A DNA stretch of 52,977 bases from a virus. Its lineage: Duplodnaviria > Caudoviricetes. How positions within the stretch are numbered: position 1 is the first letter of the stretch; each line of letters starts with the position of its first letter. The position numbers and the translations under genes are program-made. Location: IMG/VR virus record IMGVR_UViG_3300021375_002481, positions 1 to 52,977 of that record. One strand, given 5' to 3'. The notes beneath the pieces are model-generated. The model did not search any database. It had not been told where the DNA came from and was given only the letters and a program-made list of their open reading frames with translations. Below are positions 18,101 through 28,003 of this stretch, one piece after another.

Positions 18101-21100
18101 ATAAAGTTTTGTAGAACCAGTTGTAAATGTATAAGAAGATGATGGTATCGTTCCATTAGCAAATGCAGGTAATATACCTCTTTCATTAGTTAAATACAAT
18201 AGAACCCCTCCTATGAAAGAAATAGGGGTAATTGTTGTTATATTATCAACTTGTAGTCCAAATTCATCAGAAGCACTAAATTCATATTGAACTGAGCCGG
18301 TTGTTAAATCCAAAGAAGAACCACTTAAAAAGTAAGTTGCAATACCAGTTGTTGAATTATCAGATAAAACAGTTAATGGAGGAGCAATTCCACTATCTGA
18401 TGAAGAATTTGCAGTAATTGTTTCTGTATTAGATGCTAGGTTTTTTCGTTTTACAGTAATTGTAGAACTTTGACCTGATGGATTTAACGTTCCATCACTT
18501 TTCTTATAGGTAAATACATTTCTATTATTATTTACAACTAAATCTGCAATAGGTTGTCCATCTTCTAATCTAAATAATGTTTCATATTCTTCTAAATTAT
18601 CTGCAGATGCAGTGTACATTATAGAACCTACTTCATAATTAACATCACTACCACTAAAGTTTGCAATAGTAACAATCCCACCATTTTCACCAACAGAAGT
18701 CATACCACCAGGATAAGTTCCACTATAAGAAGATGGTTCTATATATTGTCCAGATGAATCAAATGCAGCTGATGCGTATGTTATATTACCAGTTACATTT
18801 TGTTTATTTGCAACTAATCTAATTTGTTGAAATGCTGGGTTTGCTATGGAACCACTATAAAATCTAAAAGCAGTTCTATCTGATTCAAATGTTAAAAGTT
18901 TTAAAGTTCCTAACGTAACTTTGTTACCACCAGTAAATCGTTTGGTTTGTTCAAGTTTAACAGGTATGTAGTTATTATTAACATCATACATTTCAAACTT
19001 GTAATCAAACGTTTCATCTTCTAAGTTTCTATCTTCTTCTTGTAGTGTTTTAAATATTTTTGGAGAGAATCCCGGCTCAGATGCTGGTTTTAAATCTATC
19101 TTAGCTAATTGCCAACCATCTCCTCTTACTTCAAATCCAAGTTTAGCATTGGAAGATTCAAAATCAGATGTAACTAATGATTCTATGGATTGTTTAGAAG
19201 AATAAGCATTTTCAGCAGTTATAGATTTAATATATTGTTTAAAATCTTGAGAACCTGAAGAACCTGTTAAATAAAAATCAATTGTTTTACTAACAATTGT
19301 ATCAGGATCTTTTAAGCTTTGAGATATAAATATAGGGTCACTTGTTTCTGATGTACCAGTTGTTCCATATGCAGAAGATGCAGTATATATTGCATCAATT
19401 CTTTGTACAATTACTTCATTTGGGGTTGCATCTGAAATATTAAGTACATATGGTATATTTAATGGTGAATTTAAAATACTATCAGTTACACCTGGTTCTG
19501 TTTTATCTCCAATATAATTCCCTGCAGATATTGTTGATGGAAAAAATGGATAATCAGTTACAACATCATAAAATATACTCGATGTAGTTGGTGGAATTTG
19601 TTGAGTAAAATAAGAAGCAGATGTAATCGTTGTTGCTTCGGAACCTGAAAGTGCTAATGTATCTTTAGCTGTTCCTATTGGGTTACCATCGATTTCGGAA
19701 ACTAATCCCACTTCTTCCAAATTAGCATTTAATACTTGTCTTGTTCTATTTGTTCTATAATCTAAATAAATGTAATTATATCCACTACCACTTGTTTCAA
19801 AATCAAGTATAACTTGTGAACCACTCTCTAACATATTCAATGGTAAAGATTGAAAGTCATTCGTATCAGTAGCAATTATTGTATAGTTTAAAGAACCACT
19901 TATTGCCTCTACCGCAGATTGTGAAGTTGCTGAATAGTTATAGAACAACATACCATCAGTATTGAAGTTTCTAAATGCCATTGAATTTCTCCAAATCGTA
20001 TTACCCGATTGATAACCAGATTCAGATACAAAAGATTCTATGTGATATTCAACTGAACCAGTACCCGTTGGTAATGATAAAGAACCACTATCTGTAAGTA
20101 AGGATATAATTACAGAACCACTTAAATGGTCATGTTGATTAGTTGTAAGATTAACATATTCGTTTATTAGATTATTAGATTCTACTGTGGATATATCACT
20201 ATGTATAGAACCACTTGGTACAAATCCTTGCTGTACTACTACATTATCATAAACAAAAGAATCTGCATTGATATCACTCGAAGATGATACAGATGATACA
20301 TTGTAAATCTGTCCACTTGAACTATCGAAAGTATAAACATCAGTTACCTCACCATCATCATTTCTAAATAAGTAAGGAATATCTAATGGTGATTGAAAAT
20401 CCAGTGAGCTGGATTCTGAATCAAATACTGGTGTTAGAAAATCCCTACTACTTACTGTTGCTTTTATAAGGGGATATCCTGCTTCTGTATATAAATTATC
20501 ACCTCCTTGGGTTGGTACTCTTGGAACAACAAAACTTGAAGTAGATGTATTTTGAACCGTACTACCAGATAGTTGAAATAAATCATATAGACTGTATCGA
20601 GTAGAAGATGGTTCCATTTCACCAACAGTAATTCTACCAATAAACACCATTACAGAATTATTGAAATCTGCTTCTACAAGATATGCGTACTGAGTATCAC
20701 CATCTATTGTAAGAACGAGTTGCCCATTCTGTATATTTAATGTACCACTAAAATCAGCTTCTGTTCCGTCTGTGAACTCAATTTCACCTGTATTAAAGTT
20801 CATTGAAGTGATATCGTATGATTCTCCATACAATAAATCACCATTCAATCTATCTAATCTTTGTACATTTATTAAATCTGCATTTAGTGGCTCTACACTT
20901 CTATTGGTTCTATAATCAATATGAACATAGTTGTATCCACTTTGTTCGTAAGGTATTATAACTTGAGAACCAGTTCCACTTGAATGCCAAGCTTGTGGCG
21001 TTTGGTAATCACCAGTATCTATTGCTTCTAATTCATATTCAGTTGAACTTCTAAACGATGATAACTCATCTAAGTAAGTTGAACTATTATAATAATAAAA

Positions 21101-22924
21101 TTTAGCATCACCGCCTATGTTTTCAAATGAAAGTAGTGCGAGTTCTTCTGAACCAGATGTGTAAACTTCTGAGTAAATACTAACATCTTTTGGATTACCA
21201 CTCATTGGTATAGTATATGAACCACTATCTAACCAAACGTTAAGAATTAATTCAACACCACCAAATGAACCACTTATAGATACAACGTTTGCATTACTGT
21301 TTGCATCTGTTTGAACTCTTGATGTTGTACCCCAATCACCACTTGTTGTATCAAACGTAAGTGATGTTGATAAATTAGCATCATAAGTATAATCCGAACT
21401 TACAGATGTAAATACCGAACCTGTTGTATTTTGTGGTGTATCAAAGAATGTTGCTCTTGAGTTATCGTAAATATAATTACGAGTTAAATCTTCAGAACCC
21501 GATTGGATTAATATAGAATTAAATCCAGTTACAGTTGTAAATGATACAGGATATATAGACATGACCGAGGGGTCGTATTGATAATACCTAGTTTCTGTAT
21601 ATGATTCGGATACTACCGTAGTTGGTCCTATTATTACATCATTGATAGAACCACTTACAAGAGTATTAAAATTTAATTGATAATCTACTCCTTGAAATAC
21701 TTCAAAAGTATTATTAGTTTCTATATTAACCTTATCAGTTACTATTGAACTACTTGGAATTACTATTCTAATTGATTCAAATAGTAAATCATCATCAAAT
21801 ACTATTTCACTTGATGAACCACTTATTGATACTGATGAAGTTACCCAACTATTTGTAAATGTATTTTCTGTTAATCTACCTGCTCCACCTTCAATTTCAT
21901 TTCCCGGTTGTGATTCATCAACAAGAAGCTCAGCATTAATATCTTCTACTCGAACTTGTTCTAAAAATTTATAATCAGAAACATCAGAACGAGATTTTCT
22001 ATATATCTTAATATTATCTAAGTTACCAGTAAAGGTATCTATATTTTTAAAAACTAATTTTTGATAAGAACCGGTTACTATTGTAGCAGTACTTGTTCTT
22101 CCATCAAAAAATTCAAATGTACTACTATATACAGATGGAGGAAACTCAGATATCTTATTATCTACCACATAAGGTTTATCTACTAAAACTGTATTTTTAT
22201 TTAAAACTTCTTTTACAGTTGCAGAATATCCTAATGATGGTACAGAAATTATATTTTCATCTATTGAACCAGTAAATCCAGGTCCATCTGTAATTTCTAA
22301 TCTATAAAGAGTTCCTGCTCTCCATGTTCTAACATCAGTACCAAGTGGTGGTATATCAGCCCTACCTTGTACCGAACCACTTTGTGTTACCTCTGGTATT
22401 ATTTGCTGTACTAACCCACCCTCTACTTCTTCAATTGTAATCGAAGGTTTTTTATAAAATATAACAGGAGTTTGGTTTGGTTCATTTTTATTTATGTAAA
22501 TTTCTTTTTCCCACTTAACATTATATGCACCATCCCATTCTTTTGGTATTGGTCTTTTGATACCATCTACATCCTCATATTCTTTTAATTCACCCAGAAT
22601 AGTAATCTTTCCAGGTCCAACTGCGATATCGTTATAAACATGAGTTGAAAGAACAACAGAGTTTCCTTCATAATAATCTGGCGTACCCTTACCCGGCTCT
22701 ATATAAAGAGTTTTTCCATCAACATCTACTAATTCCATTTTAATGGCAGTAGATTCTTTTAAGAAAGGAGTCCCTTCCATCGTAAATAAGTTTTTACCCT
22801 CAGTTAGAGTATCTGGAAACTTAGTTACTTTAAAATATTTTGATTTGGGGTCTGTATCGGTTATAAATGTATTATACCCACTTAGATTTTCAAATTCATT
22901 ACCAATTTTTACTATACAAGCCAT
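15170..22924 (-). CDS. Giant tail fibre protein (2584 aa) with C-terminal Peptidase_S74 intramolecular chaperone
   Basis: C-terminal SDERLKENI...GVIAQDVEKV...YEKLTPLLIEAIKEL followed by a coiled coil. S/T/G-rich beta-type composition. Confidence 0.88.
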   Translation of the reverse strand: MACIVKIGNEFENLSGYNTFITDTDPKSKYFKVTKFPDTLTEGKNLFTMEGTPFLKESTAIKMELVDVDGKTLYIEPGKGTPDYYEGNSVVLSTHVYNDIAVGPGKITILGELKEYEDVDGIKRPIPKEWDGAYNVKWEKEIYINKNEPNQTPVIFYKKPSITIEEVEGGLVQQIIPEVTQSGSVQGRADIPPLGTDVRTWRAGTLYRLEITDGPGFTGSIDENIISVPSLGYSATVKEVLNKNTVLVDKPYVVDNKISEFPPSVYSSTFEFFDGRTSTATIVTGSYQKLVFKNIDTFTGNLDNIKIYRKSRSDVSDYKFLEQVRVEDINAELLVDESQPGNEIEGGAGRLTENTFTNSWVTSSVSISGSSSEIVFDDDLLFESIRIVIPSSSIVTDKVNIETNNTFEVFQGVDYQLNFNTLVSGSINDVIIGPTTVVSESYTETRYYQYDPSVMSIYPVSFTTVTGFNSILIQSGSEDLTRNYIYDNSRATFFDTPQNTTGSVFTSVSSDYTYDANLSTSLTFDTTSGDWGTTSRVQTDANSNANVVSISGSFGGVELILNVWLDSGSYTIPMSGNPKDVSIYSEVYTSGSEELALLSFENIGGDAKFYYYNSSTYLDELSSFRSSTEYELEAIDTGDYQTPQAWHSSGTGSQVIIPYEQSGYNYVHIDYRTNRSVEPLNADLINVQRLDRLNGDLLYGESYDITSMNFNTGEIEFTDGTEADFSGTLNIQNGQLVLTIDGDTQYAYLVEADFNNSVMVFIGRITVGEMEPSSTRYSLYDLFQLSGSTVQNTSTSSFVVPRVPTQGGDNLYTEAGYPLIKATVSSRDFLTPVFDSESSSLDFQSPLDIPYLFRNDDGEVTDVYTFDSSSGQIYNVSSVSSSSDINADSFVYDNVVVQQGFVPSGSIHSDISTVESNNLINEYVNLTTNQHDHLSGSVIISLLTDSGSLSLPTGTGSVEYHIESFVSESGYQSGNTIWRNSMAFRNFNTDGMLFYNYSATSQSAVEAISGSLNYTIIATDTNDFQSLPLNMLESGSQVILDFETSGSGYNYIYLDYRTNRTRQVLNANLEEVGLVSEIDGNPIGTAKDTLALSGSEATTITSASYFTQQIPPTTSSIFYDVVTDYPFFPSTISAGNYIGDKTEPGVTDSILNSPLNIPYVLNISDATPNEVIVQRIDAIYTASSAYGTTGTSETSDPIFISQSLKDPDTIVSKTIDFYLTGSSGSQDFKQYIKSITAENAYSSKQSIESLVTSDFESSNAKLGFEVRGDGWQLAKIDLKPASEPGFSPKIFKTLQEEDRNLEDETFDYKFEMYDVNNNYIPVKLEQTKRFTGGNKVTLGTLKLLTFESDRTAFRFYSGSIANPAFQQIRLVANKQNVTGNITYASAAFDSSGQYIEPSSYSGTYPGGMTSVGENGGIVTIANFSGSDVNYEVGSIMYTASADNLEEYETLFRLEDGQPIADLVVNNNRNVFTYKKSDGTLNPSGQSSTITVKRKNLASNTETITANSSSDSGIAPPLTVLSDNSTTGIATYFLSGSSLDLTTGSVQYEFSASDEFGLQVDNITTITPISFIGGVLLYLTNERGILPAFANGTIPSSSYTFTTGSTKLYVEGEEVSYDNSLAKNTYKIIGVTGSGITPNEVNPTTNEYGGVAGTMTTDSSSLEINVSYKDEVGDTYSLTRTANYNIVREGADGQPGLEGSNGPGLVFTGDYSTTRTYTVTTGSLARKDSVLYNDTFYLAITSSGPDSGGFQHPSSSTDYWEELGTGSNFVAAELAIFKESYVQNNINVGTNNSGSASAANITIAGGTNYPYISIDQGATTGTQGYNVGNGIFLGIDGNTGTGSFSIENGLLGDELLWDGSSLTIRGSIEFSNTPGAVSDTLSSASLFSLRAYNSASLAEATASLAQTSADNTFSSASAYSASQFSYTNTLNNQVNDDLADVISGSTAIQNGSGTTFIDSGIIYSPNIGGANGYFSNAFRVGENGITLDGTNSRIYVGDGNYDNTDTPFYFASGSSNIFSLGDKLSWNGSSLSIVGSITLEAGSDITDGLPGGTISGSGQLPGGIVSGSEQLPNGILSGSGQLPDGIISGSEQLPNGLVSASEFNFGPDVSSADFVLSAQTPSSAGLYIGNTNLGYYDGGWKTYMDDEGNFLLAGTNGSLNWNAGTDTLNIQGTVDATDGEIAGFNFSGTTLTSPSSGIVINTGDSSNNAHIKVGAGAINIENKNDLSEIDSVSTPSITGTIPEANTNDAYFTGTNSTQGTPEYDDVSGITSDTSSTFASNPIRFQTGGSGYNGKTATISGTISAPVLNSGNTKYLESEILGVAASVFIHLINAKIKVVLQKSSNGSTSWSDVKEWSYSLSQTSSGTTADLGSTSQSFSLSATLEDSKYYRIITKITNVDINAYTEPSGTGARIGAYYGAPRITSTPTLTMVGSSDNSITEITKGGLQVVTTDTKLVRIPTSTTGDALSVTGSISATGNITAFATSDERLKENIIEINKPLDKINEIKGVFFNWKEGHEDIHQFKGEDIGVIAQDVEKVVPHITKINSVNGYYGVRYEKLTPLLIEAIKELNKKVDELQEEIKRLK
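16619..16783 (-). repeat. Five tandem 33-bp (11-aa) coding repeats in tail fibre
   Basis: LPGGTISGSGQ / LPGGIVSGSEQ / LPNGILSGSGQ / LPDGIISGSEQ / LPNGLVSASEF. Confidence 0.9.
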
Positions 22925-22945
22925 ATGTGATTCCTATTATACCCA

Positions 22946-22954
22946 TATAAATAT
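22946..22954 (-). promoter_or_regulatory. ATATTTATA putative late promoter for tail fibre
   Basis: 21 nt upstream of the ATG at 22924. Confidence 0.6.
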
Positions 22955-22973
22955 CTCCAAAAAAACTTATTCA

Positions 22974-23010
22974 ATATTTATACATAGAAATATATAGAAA
23001 GTTATAGATA
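22974..23010 (+). promoter_or_regulatory. Plus-strand ATATTTATA promoter followed by three 10-bp-phased ATAGA(A/T)A repeats (putative operator)
   Basis: atatttata at 22974-22982; atagaaa at 22984 and 22994; atagata at 23004. Confidence 0.5.
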
Positions 23011-23171
23011 TGAGAAAATATACCACAATACAGATAAAAAAAGAAACCCATGAACTCTTACAAGGGTATTGTAACGAACATGGGTATAAGTTAAGTGGGT
23101 TGGTTGAAACCCTTATTAAGCAAAAGGTAGGTACACCTAAGCCTCAAAATGTTTTAAAGGTTAGAACCTAA
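23010..23171 (+). CDS. Small ribbon-helix-helix (Arc/CopG/MetJ-like) DNA-binding protein, 53 aa
   Basis: Not in the ORF track. MRKYTTIQIKKETHELLQGYCNEHGYKLSGLVETLIKQKVGTPKPQNVLKVRT* shows an alternating beta strand (TTIQI), a helix, a G-x-x-x-S turn and a second helix. It has its own correctly oriented promoter motif. Confidence 0.75.
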   Translation: MRKYTTIQIKKETHELLQGYCNEHGYKLSGLVETLIKQKVGTPKPQNVLKVRT

Positions 23172-26100
23172 CGTTTGAGAATCCATTTATCTTTTTAATT
23201 TCAATAAGACCATCTACAACATCTCTCATTGAATCGATGTGTGAGATTACCATTACAAAATCAAACTGAGTTTTAAGGTATGTAAACAACATAAATAAAG
23301 ATTGTAGGTTCTCACTATCTAAAGTACCAAATCCTTCATCTATAACGAGGAAATTAGGCCTTGGAAGGTTACATACATTGATTAGAGCTACTCTAATGGC
23401 TAAACCACTAATAAACCTCTCCATACCACTACACATCTCTAAACTCCACCTCTGGTCTCCATATACAAGATATGCGTTGATGTTTCTACCATCGATTTCC
23501 AGCTGCATTCCAAATTCTACAATTTGTGCTAAGATGTTATTTACTTCACCCTCAATCATTGGAAGGGATTTCTCAATCAATTCATATGATACACCATCCT
23601 TACCAAGAGCATTTAAATAGAAATCAAATAACTTAGATTGTTGCTCTAAGTTTTTTACTTCATCAATTCTATCCTCAATTGTTTCTTTTTGATTCTGAAG
23701 AGCTGATACTCTACCATTTAATTTAAGAACATCACTATTGATTCTTTTCAGTTCATCTTTAATACCAGTCTGCTTTTGCCTTACACCAGTAATTTGTTCT
23801 CTTATTTCTTTATTCTTTATTATTTGCTTTTCATTCTTATAATACTCATCAATTAGTTGCGTTTGTTGTGTAACTTGAGTATCTAAACGAATTTCTTCGG
23901 TTTCGGTTGTTGATAACTTGTTGATAAGTTGAGATATTTCTCTGTCTAATTTATCTTCTTTATCTTTAGCATCTTTGTATTTATCCCATTCTTCTTCATA
24001 ATTACTTAACGAATCAATTTTAATAGTTAAATCTAACTTTTCTTTTTCAAATTCTTGTAAGTTATCATTAAAATCTTTTATTTGAGAACCAACCGCATCT
24101 TTAGTTTCTAAAATAGATTTTGAGTTTTCCATACAAACATCACATTCTTCATTATATTTGTGTGAATCTAAATGGTCTTTTCTTTCATATAAGGATTCTA
24201 ATTTTATATTTACTTTTTCTATTTCACCTTCAATAGTACCAATATTTGTTTTAAGGCTAGTTAATGTATTTATTCCCTCTTCTAAATCTTCTTCATCAAA
24301 TTTATCTAATATCTCTTCTAATACAATTTGTTGTTCTTCTCTAAAGGTTATCCTATCTTGTAAAGAACCTTTTGTTGTTTCGAGGCCCTCTACCTTCATT
24401 TCGAGGTTTTTCAATCTTTTTTCTAATTCCTCGATTGAAACCCCACTATCAGAATTTAACTTTACTATCTTTTCATTTAACTTAATAATTTGTCTATTAA
24501 GGATATCATCTTCTTCCTTCAAGGCTTTTTGAGACATCTCTAAAAGTTTGTACTCATTCTTGTCGGTTTTTAATTCAGTGTCGATACTCGCTAATTTTGT
24601 CGTAAAATCATCACTCTTAAATTTTCTGATGAGTGTTGCATTATCCCTATTCTCATCAGCTGCCTTTTGATATAGTTTATCAAAGATATCTACCCCAATG
24701 AATTGAGATAAAATCTCTTTACGTTCACTTTGTGATTTATCTATGAATAGGGCGTTGTTTCCTTGTAGTGAAAGAGCAGTTAAAACGAAATCCTCAAATT
24801 TACCTAAAAACTTCTCTATGTTCTTGTTTGTATCTTTTCTTTGTTCACCATTGAGTGATTCAATAACATCACCATTTTCTCTCCAAAAGTTTACATCAAC
24901 CTTAACAGATGTTTTCTTTCTAACATACTTAGCTTTTCTTTCAATAAAGTAATCTACGCCATCTATCTCAAAAGTAAACTTACAATAGAACATATCCTTA
25001 CGATTGTTAAGAATGTTCTTAGAAATGTTTGTACGAGATGTTTTATCGTAGATACAAAAAGATAGTGCATCCCACATAGATGATTTACCACTAGCGTTGG
25101 GAGCAAAGATACCCATGATACCTTGTGCTTTTTCAAATCTGATTAGGTTATCTTCACCATAGGAGAACATATTAGAGAACTCAAATGTTTTAGGTGTCCA
25201 TAGAATGTTACCTGCTGAATCAGAATCATCAATGTGTCCATTGAGTTCTTTATTTATTTCTGCTATCTTATCCAACTCATCATCTTCTAACAGATATTGT
25301 CTTTCTAAGTAATCTCTGATTAGTTGGTTTTGGAAAGTTTCATCTTTAACGTTACCAACAATGTTTTTGTTTACTTTTTGATTTGTTTTTAATTGTCCGA
25401 TTGTATCGGTTCTTGTTACAGTAACTTCAGCAACTTTAAAAAGTTTCTTTAGTTCGGTGATACATCGTTTCATATCAGATGCATCAGTCCTTGTGAATCG
25501 TAATCGTAATCTTGGATACTTTGGAAGTTTAGTACCAATCTCATCATAGACCCATTGTGGTATCTTTCCTTCAACCACATCAACTGTTAAGAATCCATAA
25601 TCATTATGTAGATGGTGTTCTGTAAAAGTTCGTGTTGGTATATCCCAAAGTAAATAACCATGATTTTCTAATAACTCTCCATGATTTTGCTGAATCATAG
25701 AACCAGCATAAGCAACTTGTTCATATCCTTCACCAAATGTTTGTCGTTTGTGAATATCACCCAACATAGCCATATCGAATCCATCGAACATATCCACTTG
25801 GAATGAGTTAGAGGAAACGGTATAGCCAATATCTGTTTGAGCTTTGTTTACTGGTCCATGAAATAGACAGATTGTATTTTCTCCATCAACGGTATCTCCT
25901 TTAGGCCAATTTTCCTTGTTATCCAATATAGAATAGACAACAAAAGTAAGGTTATGGATATTGTAAATACCAGTATCACGAAGATAATGAATTCTATCAT
26001 TTCCAAGATTTTCGATAATAGGTGTGAGTACATCAAGTCTGTGGGAATTATTTAAATTACAATCGTGGTTACCTGTGATTAACACAGTTTCTCTTAACTT

Positions 26101-26319
26101 TGCACACTCGGTGAGAAACCAACTTATTTCGTGAACAAGTTCAGGTGACATCTCAGTTTTAGCATGAGCAATATCACCAGCAATATAAATGAGGGAATCC
26201 TCAATTTTATCTTCTTTAACTTTTTTTAGGAATTTTTTGAATACCAATCTGTATTCTTTGTGTCTTTGTAGATTTCTAATGTGTAAATCTGCAAGGTGGT
26301 AAACTTTGTTTATAACCAT
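23161..26319 (-). CDS. Mre11/SbcD nuclease - Rad50/SbcC ATPase fusion (gp47-gp46-like in one ORF)
   Basis: Phosphoesterase motifs ADLH, GDIAH, GNHD, LFHG and GDIH, then Walker A APNASGKSS, Q-loop SLQG, coiled coil with CDVC hook, signature CSGMERF, Walker B VIDEGFGTLD and ISH. Confidence 0.93.
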   Translation of the reverse strand: MVINKVYHLADLHIRNLQRHKEYRLVFKKFLKKVKEDKIEDSLIYIAGDIAHAKTEMSPELVHEISWFLTECAKLRETVLITGNHDCNLNNSHRLDVLTPIIENLGNDRIHYLRDTGIYNIHNLTFVVYSILDNKENWPKGDTVDGENTICLFHGPVNKAQTDIGYTVSSNSFQVDMFDGFDMAMLGDIHKRQTFGEGYEQVAYAGSMIQQNHGELLENHGYLLWDIPTRTFTEHHLHNDYGFLTVDVVEGKIPQWVYDEIGTKLPKYPRLRLRFTRTDASDMKRCITELKKLFKVAEVTVTRTDTIGQLKTNQKVNKNIVGNVKDETFQNQLIRDYLERQYLLEDDELDKIAEINKELNGHIDDSDSAGNILWTPKTFEFSNMFSYGEDNLIRFEKAQGIMGIFAPNASGKSSMWDALSFCIYDKTSRTNISKNILNNRKDMFYCKFTFEIDGVDYFIERKAKYVRKKTSVKVDVNFWRENGDVIESLNGEQRKDTNKNIEKFLGKFEDFVLTALSLQGNNALFIDKSQSERKEILSQFIGVDIFDKLYQKAADENRDNATLIRKFKSDDFTTKLASIDTELKTDKNEYKLLEMSQKALKEEDDILNRQIIKLNEKIVKLNSDSGVSIEELEKRLKNLEMKVEGLETTKGSLQDRITFREEQQIVLEEILDKFDEEDLEEGINTLTSLKTNIGTIEGEIEKVNIKLESLYERKDHLDSHKYNEECDVCMENSKSILETKDAVGSQIKDFNDNLQEFEKEKLDLTIKIDSLSNYEEEWDKYKDAKDKEDKLDREISQLINKLSTTETEEIRLDTQVTQQTQLIDEYYKNEKQIIKNKEIREQITGVRQKQTGIKDELKRINSDVLKLNGRVSALQNQKETIEDRIDEVKNLEQQSKLFDFYLNALGKDGVSYELIEKSLPMIEGEVNNILAQIVEFGMQLEIDGRNINAYLVYGDQRWSLEMCSGMERFISGLAIRVALINVCNLPRPNFLVIDEGFGTLDSENLQSLFMLFTYLKTQFDFVMVISHIDSMRDVVDGLIEIKKINGFSNVRF

Positions 26320-27011
26320 GTATTAAGTATATAGTTTGCCCACATTTTGTGAGACTCTTTTGTTGGATGTTTTCTTTCGTGAAATGTAGCATTATTTTTA
26401 TTTAAATAATCATACATATTATCCATTTCTTCTTTTAAATATTTTAAACCAAGTTGTTCTTTATCTCTTCCCCATAAATCAATTTTTGATTTAGGTTCTT
26501 TTATATTTTCGTAATGATAGAAAGTATTAAAGAAGTAATAATCAATGCCATTTAATTCACATATTGAAATTAAAGATTGAATATGATTGAATGTTCTAAT
26601 ATAAGATGGTATTAATTCATTTTGATGTAAAATAAATTTATCTTGTTGTTCTGTTGTTTGATTTTCATCAGGACTTCCCCACTTATCATAATCAACCCAC
26701 AATCTATCTTGTACATATTTTTCACCATCCCACCACTCAAATCGTGTAGGTGAAGTCCAGCCAATTAAAACTTTCAATTCATCTGATTTAGACCATCCAT
26801 TGGTTTCATCCCACATTTTATGTGTATTAATCCATTGATAAATATCTCTCATTGCATTTCTAAAAAGATAATCATTTGATGCACCCGATGATGCATTGTT
26901 ACAATCAATTGCTCCTAAGTTATCTGCAACTAATTTAGAAAATCTTTCATTTTCTTTATTTTCTAATTCAGCTCCCCATGTTACTGAATCTCCAATTGAA
27001 TATAATATCAT
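26310..27011 (-). CDS. SGNH/GDSL hydrolase-like protein
   Basis: N-terminal IGDSVTWG, SGASND and C-terminal HPTKESH. Confidence 0.65.
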   Translation of the reverse strand: MILYSIGDSVTWGAELENKENERFSKLVADNLGAIDCNNASSGASNDYLFRNAMRDIYQWINTHKMWDETNGWSKSDELKVLIGWTSPTRFEWWDGEKYVQDRLWVDYDKWGSPDENQTTEQQDKFILHQNELIPSYIRTFNHIQSLISICELNGIDYYFFNTFYHYENIKEPKSKIDLWGRDKEQLGLKYLKEEMDNMYDYLNKNNATFHERKHPTKESHKMWANYILNTWL

Positions 27012-27949
27012 AAACTTTTTAATTTTTGTGAAATAATATCAACAAATTGTGTTTCTTCGGATTCTTTTAGTTTAGTGTTTACTTCAGAAAACCCCATATC
27101 AGATGCATCCTTATCTGTGGGTTTAATATTTTTTGTAGTGATTCCTTGATTCTGATACTGGACTGTATATCGTAATGCTTGCTCTTGTGCATCTTCATCC
27201 AATAAAATATTGATATTTTTAACTTCTTTTTTATATATAGTATCATTTAAAGTTTTTGGTACAAACTTACCAAGTAGTGGGATTGCATTTCTCTTCACAG
27301 CCATTGCATCAAATACCCCTTCTACTAAAGTAATTGGTTCGTTCCAATTAATTTGGTTTTCGAACATTATAACATTTTTAGAAACCGGCGGATTCTTATA
27401 CTTAAACTTTTCTTCATCGAATACAGAACGTGCGATGAAGTAATTGAGTCTATTATTGTTATCATAACTTGGAATAATAATACGATTGGCGTAATGACCG
27501 GAATCACAATAACCAATATTATAACGTTTAATATCCCCTTGGCTAATACCTCGTTTTCTTGCATATTCTTTCACCTTTCCAAACAAAGGGTTAACACCCT
27601 TTGGTTTTTTTAATAGTGATTGAAACTCATTTGGTAACCTTAACTCTACCTTTTCTTCTTCAGTATTATTACTATATACAACATAATCATCACCATAAAT
27701 CTCATATATCTTTTTTAACTTATGAGAATCTACGTGCAATCTTCTAAGTAACCTTTGAATACGCTTACCTTTCGCATCACACACCCAACAGTGCCATTGT
27801 TGTGTTTGAATATTTATTTGTAACTTTTTCTTATGATGATGACAAAAAGGACAATAATGTGCTTGTTCATCATTTTTCATTGATGTACCTGGTCCTAAGA
27901 TATCATCTAATATGTTTACAACTGATTGTTTTTCGTGGTGAGAAAGCAT
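27008..27949 (-). CDS. DNA primase (zinc finger + TOPRIM)
   Basis: CPFC...HCWVC zinc ribbon; RIIIP, KYKNP, LVEGVFDA, LLDEDA and KDASD. Confidence 0.9.
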   Translation of the reverse strand: MLSHHEKQSVVNILDDILGPGTSMKNDEQAHYCPFCHHHKKKLQINIQTQQWHCWVCDAKGKRIQRLLRRLHVDSHKLKKIYEIYGDDYVVYSNNTEEEKVELRLPNEFQSLLKKPKGVNPLFGKVKEYARKRGISQGDIKRYNIGYCDSGHYANRIIIPSYDNNNRLNYFIARSVFDEEKFKYKNPPVSKNVIMFENQINWNEPITLVEGVFDAMAVKRNAIPLLGKFVPKTLNDTIYKKEVKNINILLDEDAQEQALRYTVQYQNQGITTKNIKPTDKDASDMGFSEVNTKLKESEETQFVDIISQKLKSL

Positions 27950-27971
27950 AATTATACTTTTTAACTTGTTA

Positions 27972-28003
27972 CAAAGATACGAAAAATAATTTAAATAACC
28001 AAA
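27972..28003 (-). promoter_or_regulatory. Bacteroidota-type primary-sigma promoter (TTTG-N20-TATCTTTG)
   Basis: Minus-strand TTTG (28003-28000), 20-nt spacer, TATCTTTG (27979-27972), upstream of the primase start. Confidence 0.7.
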
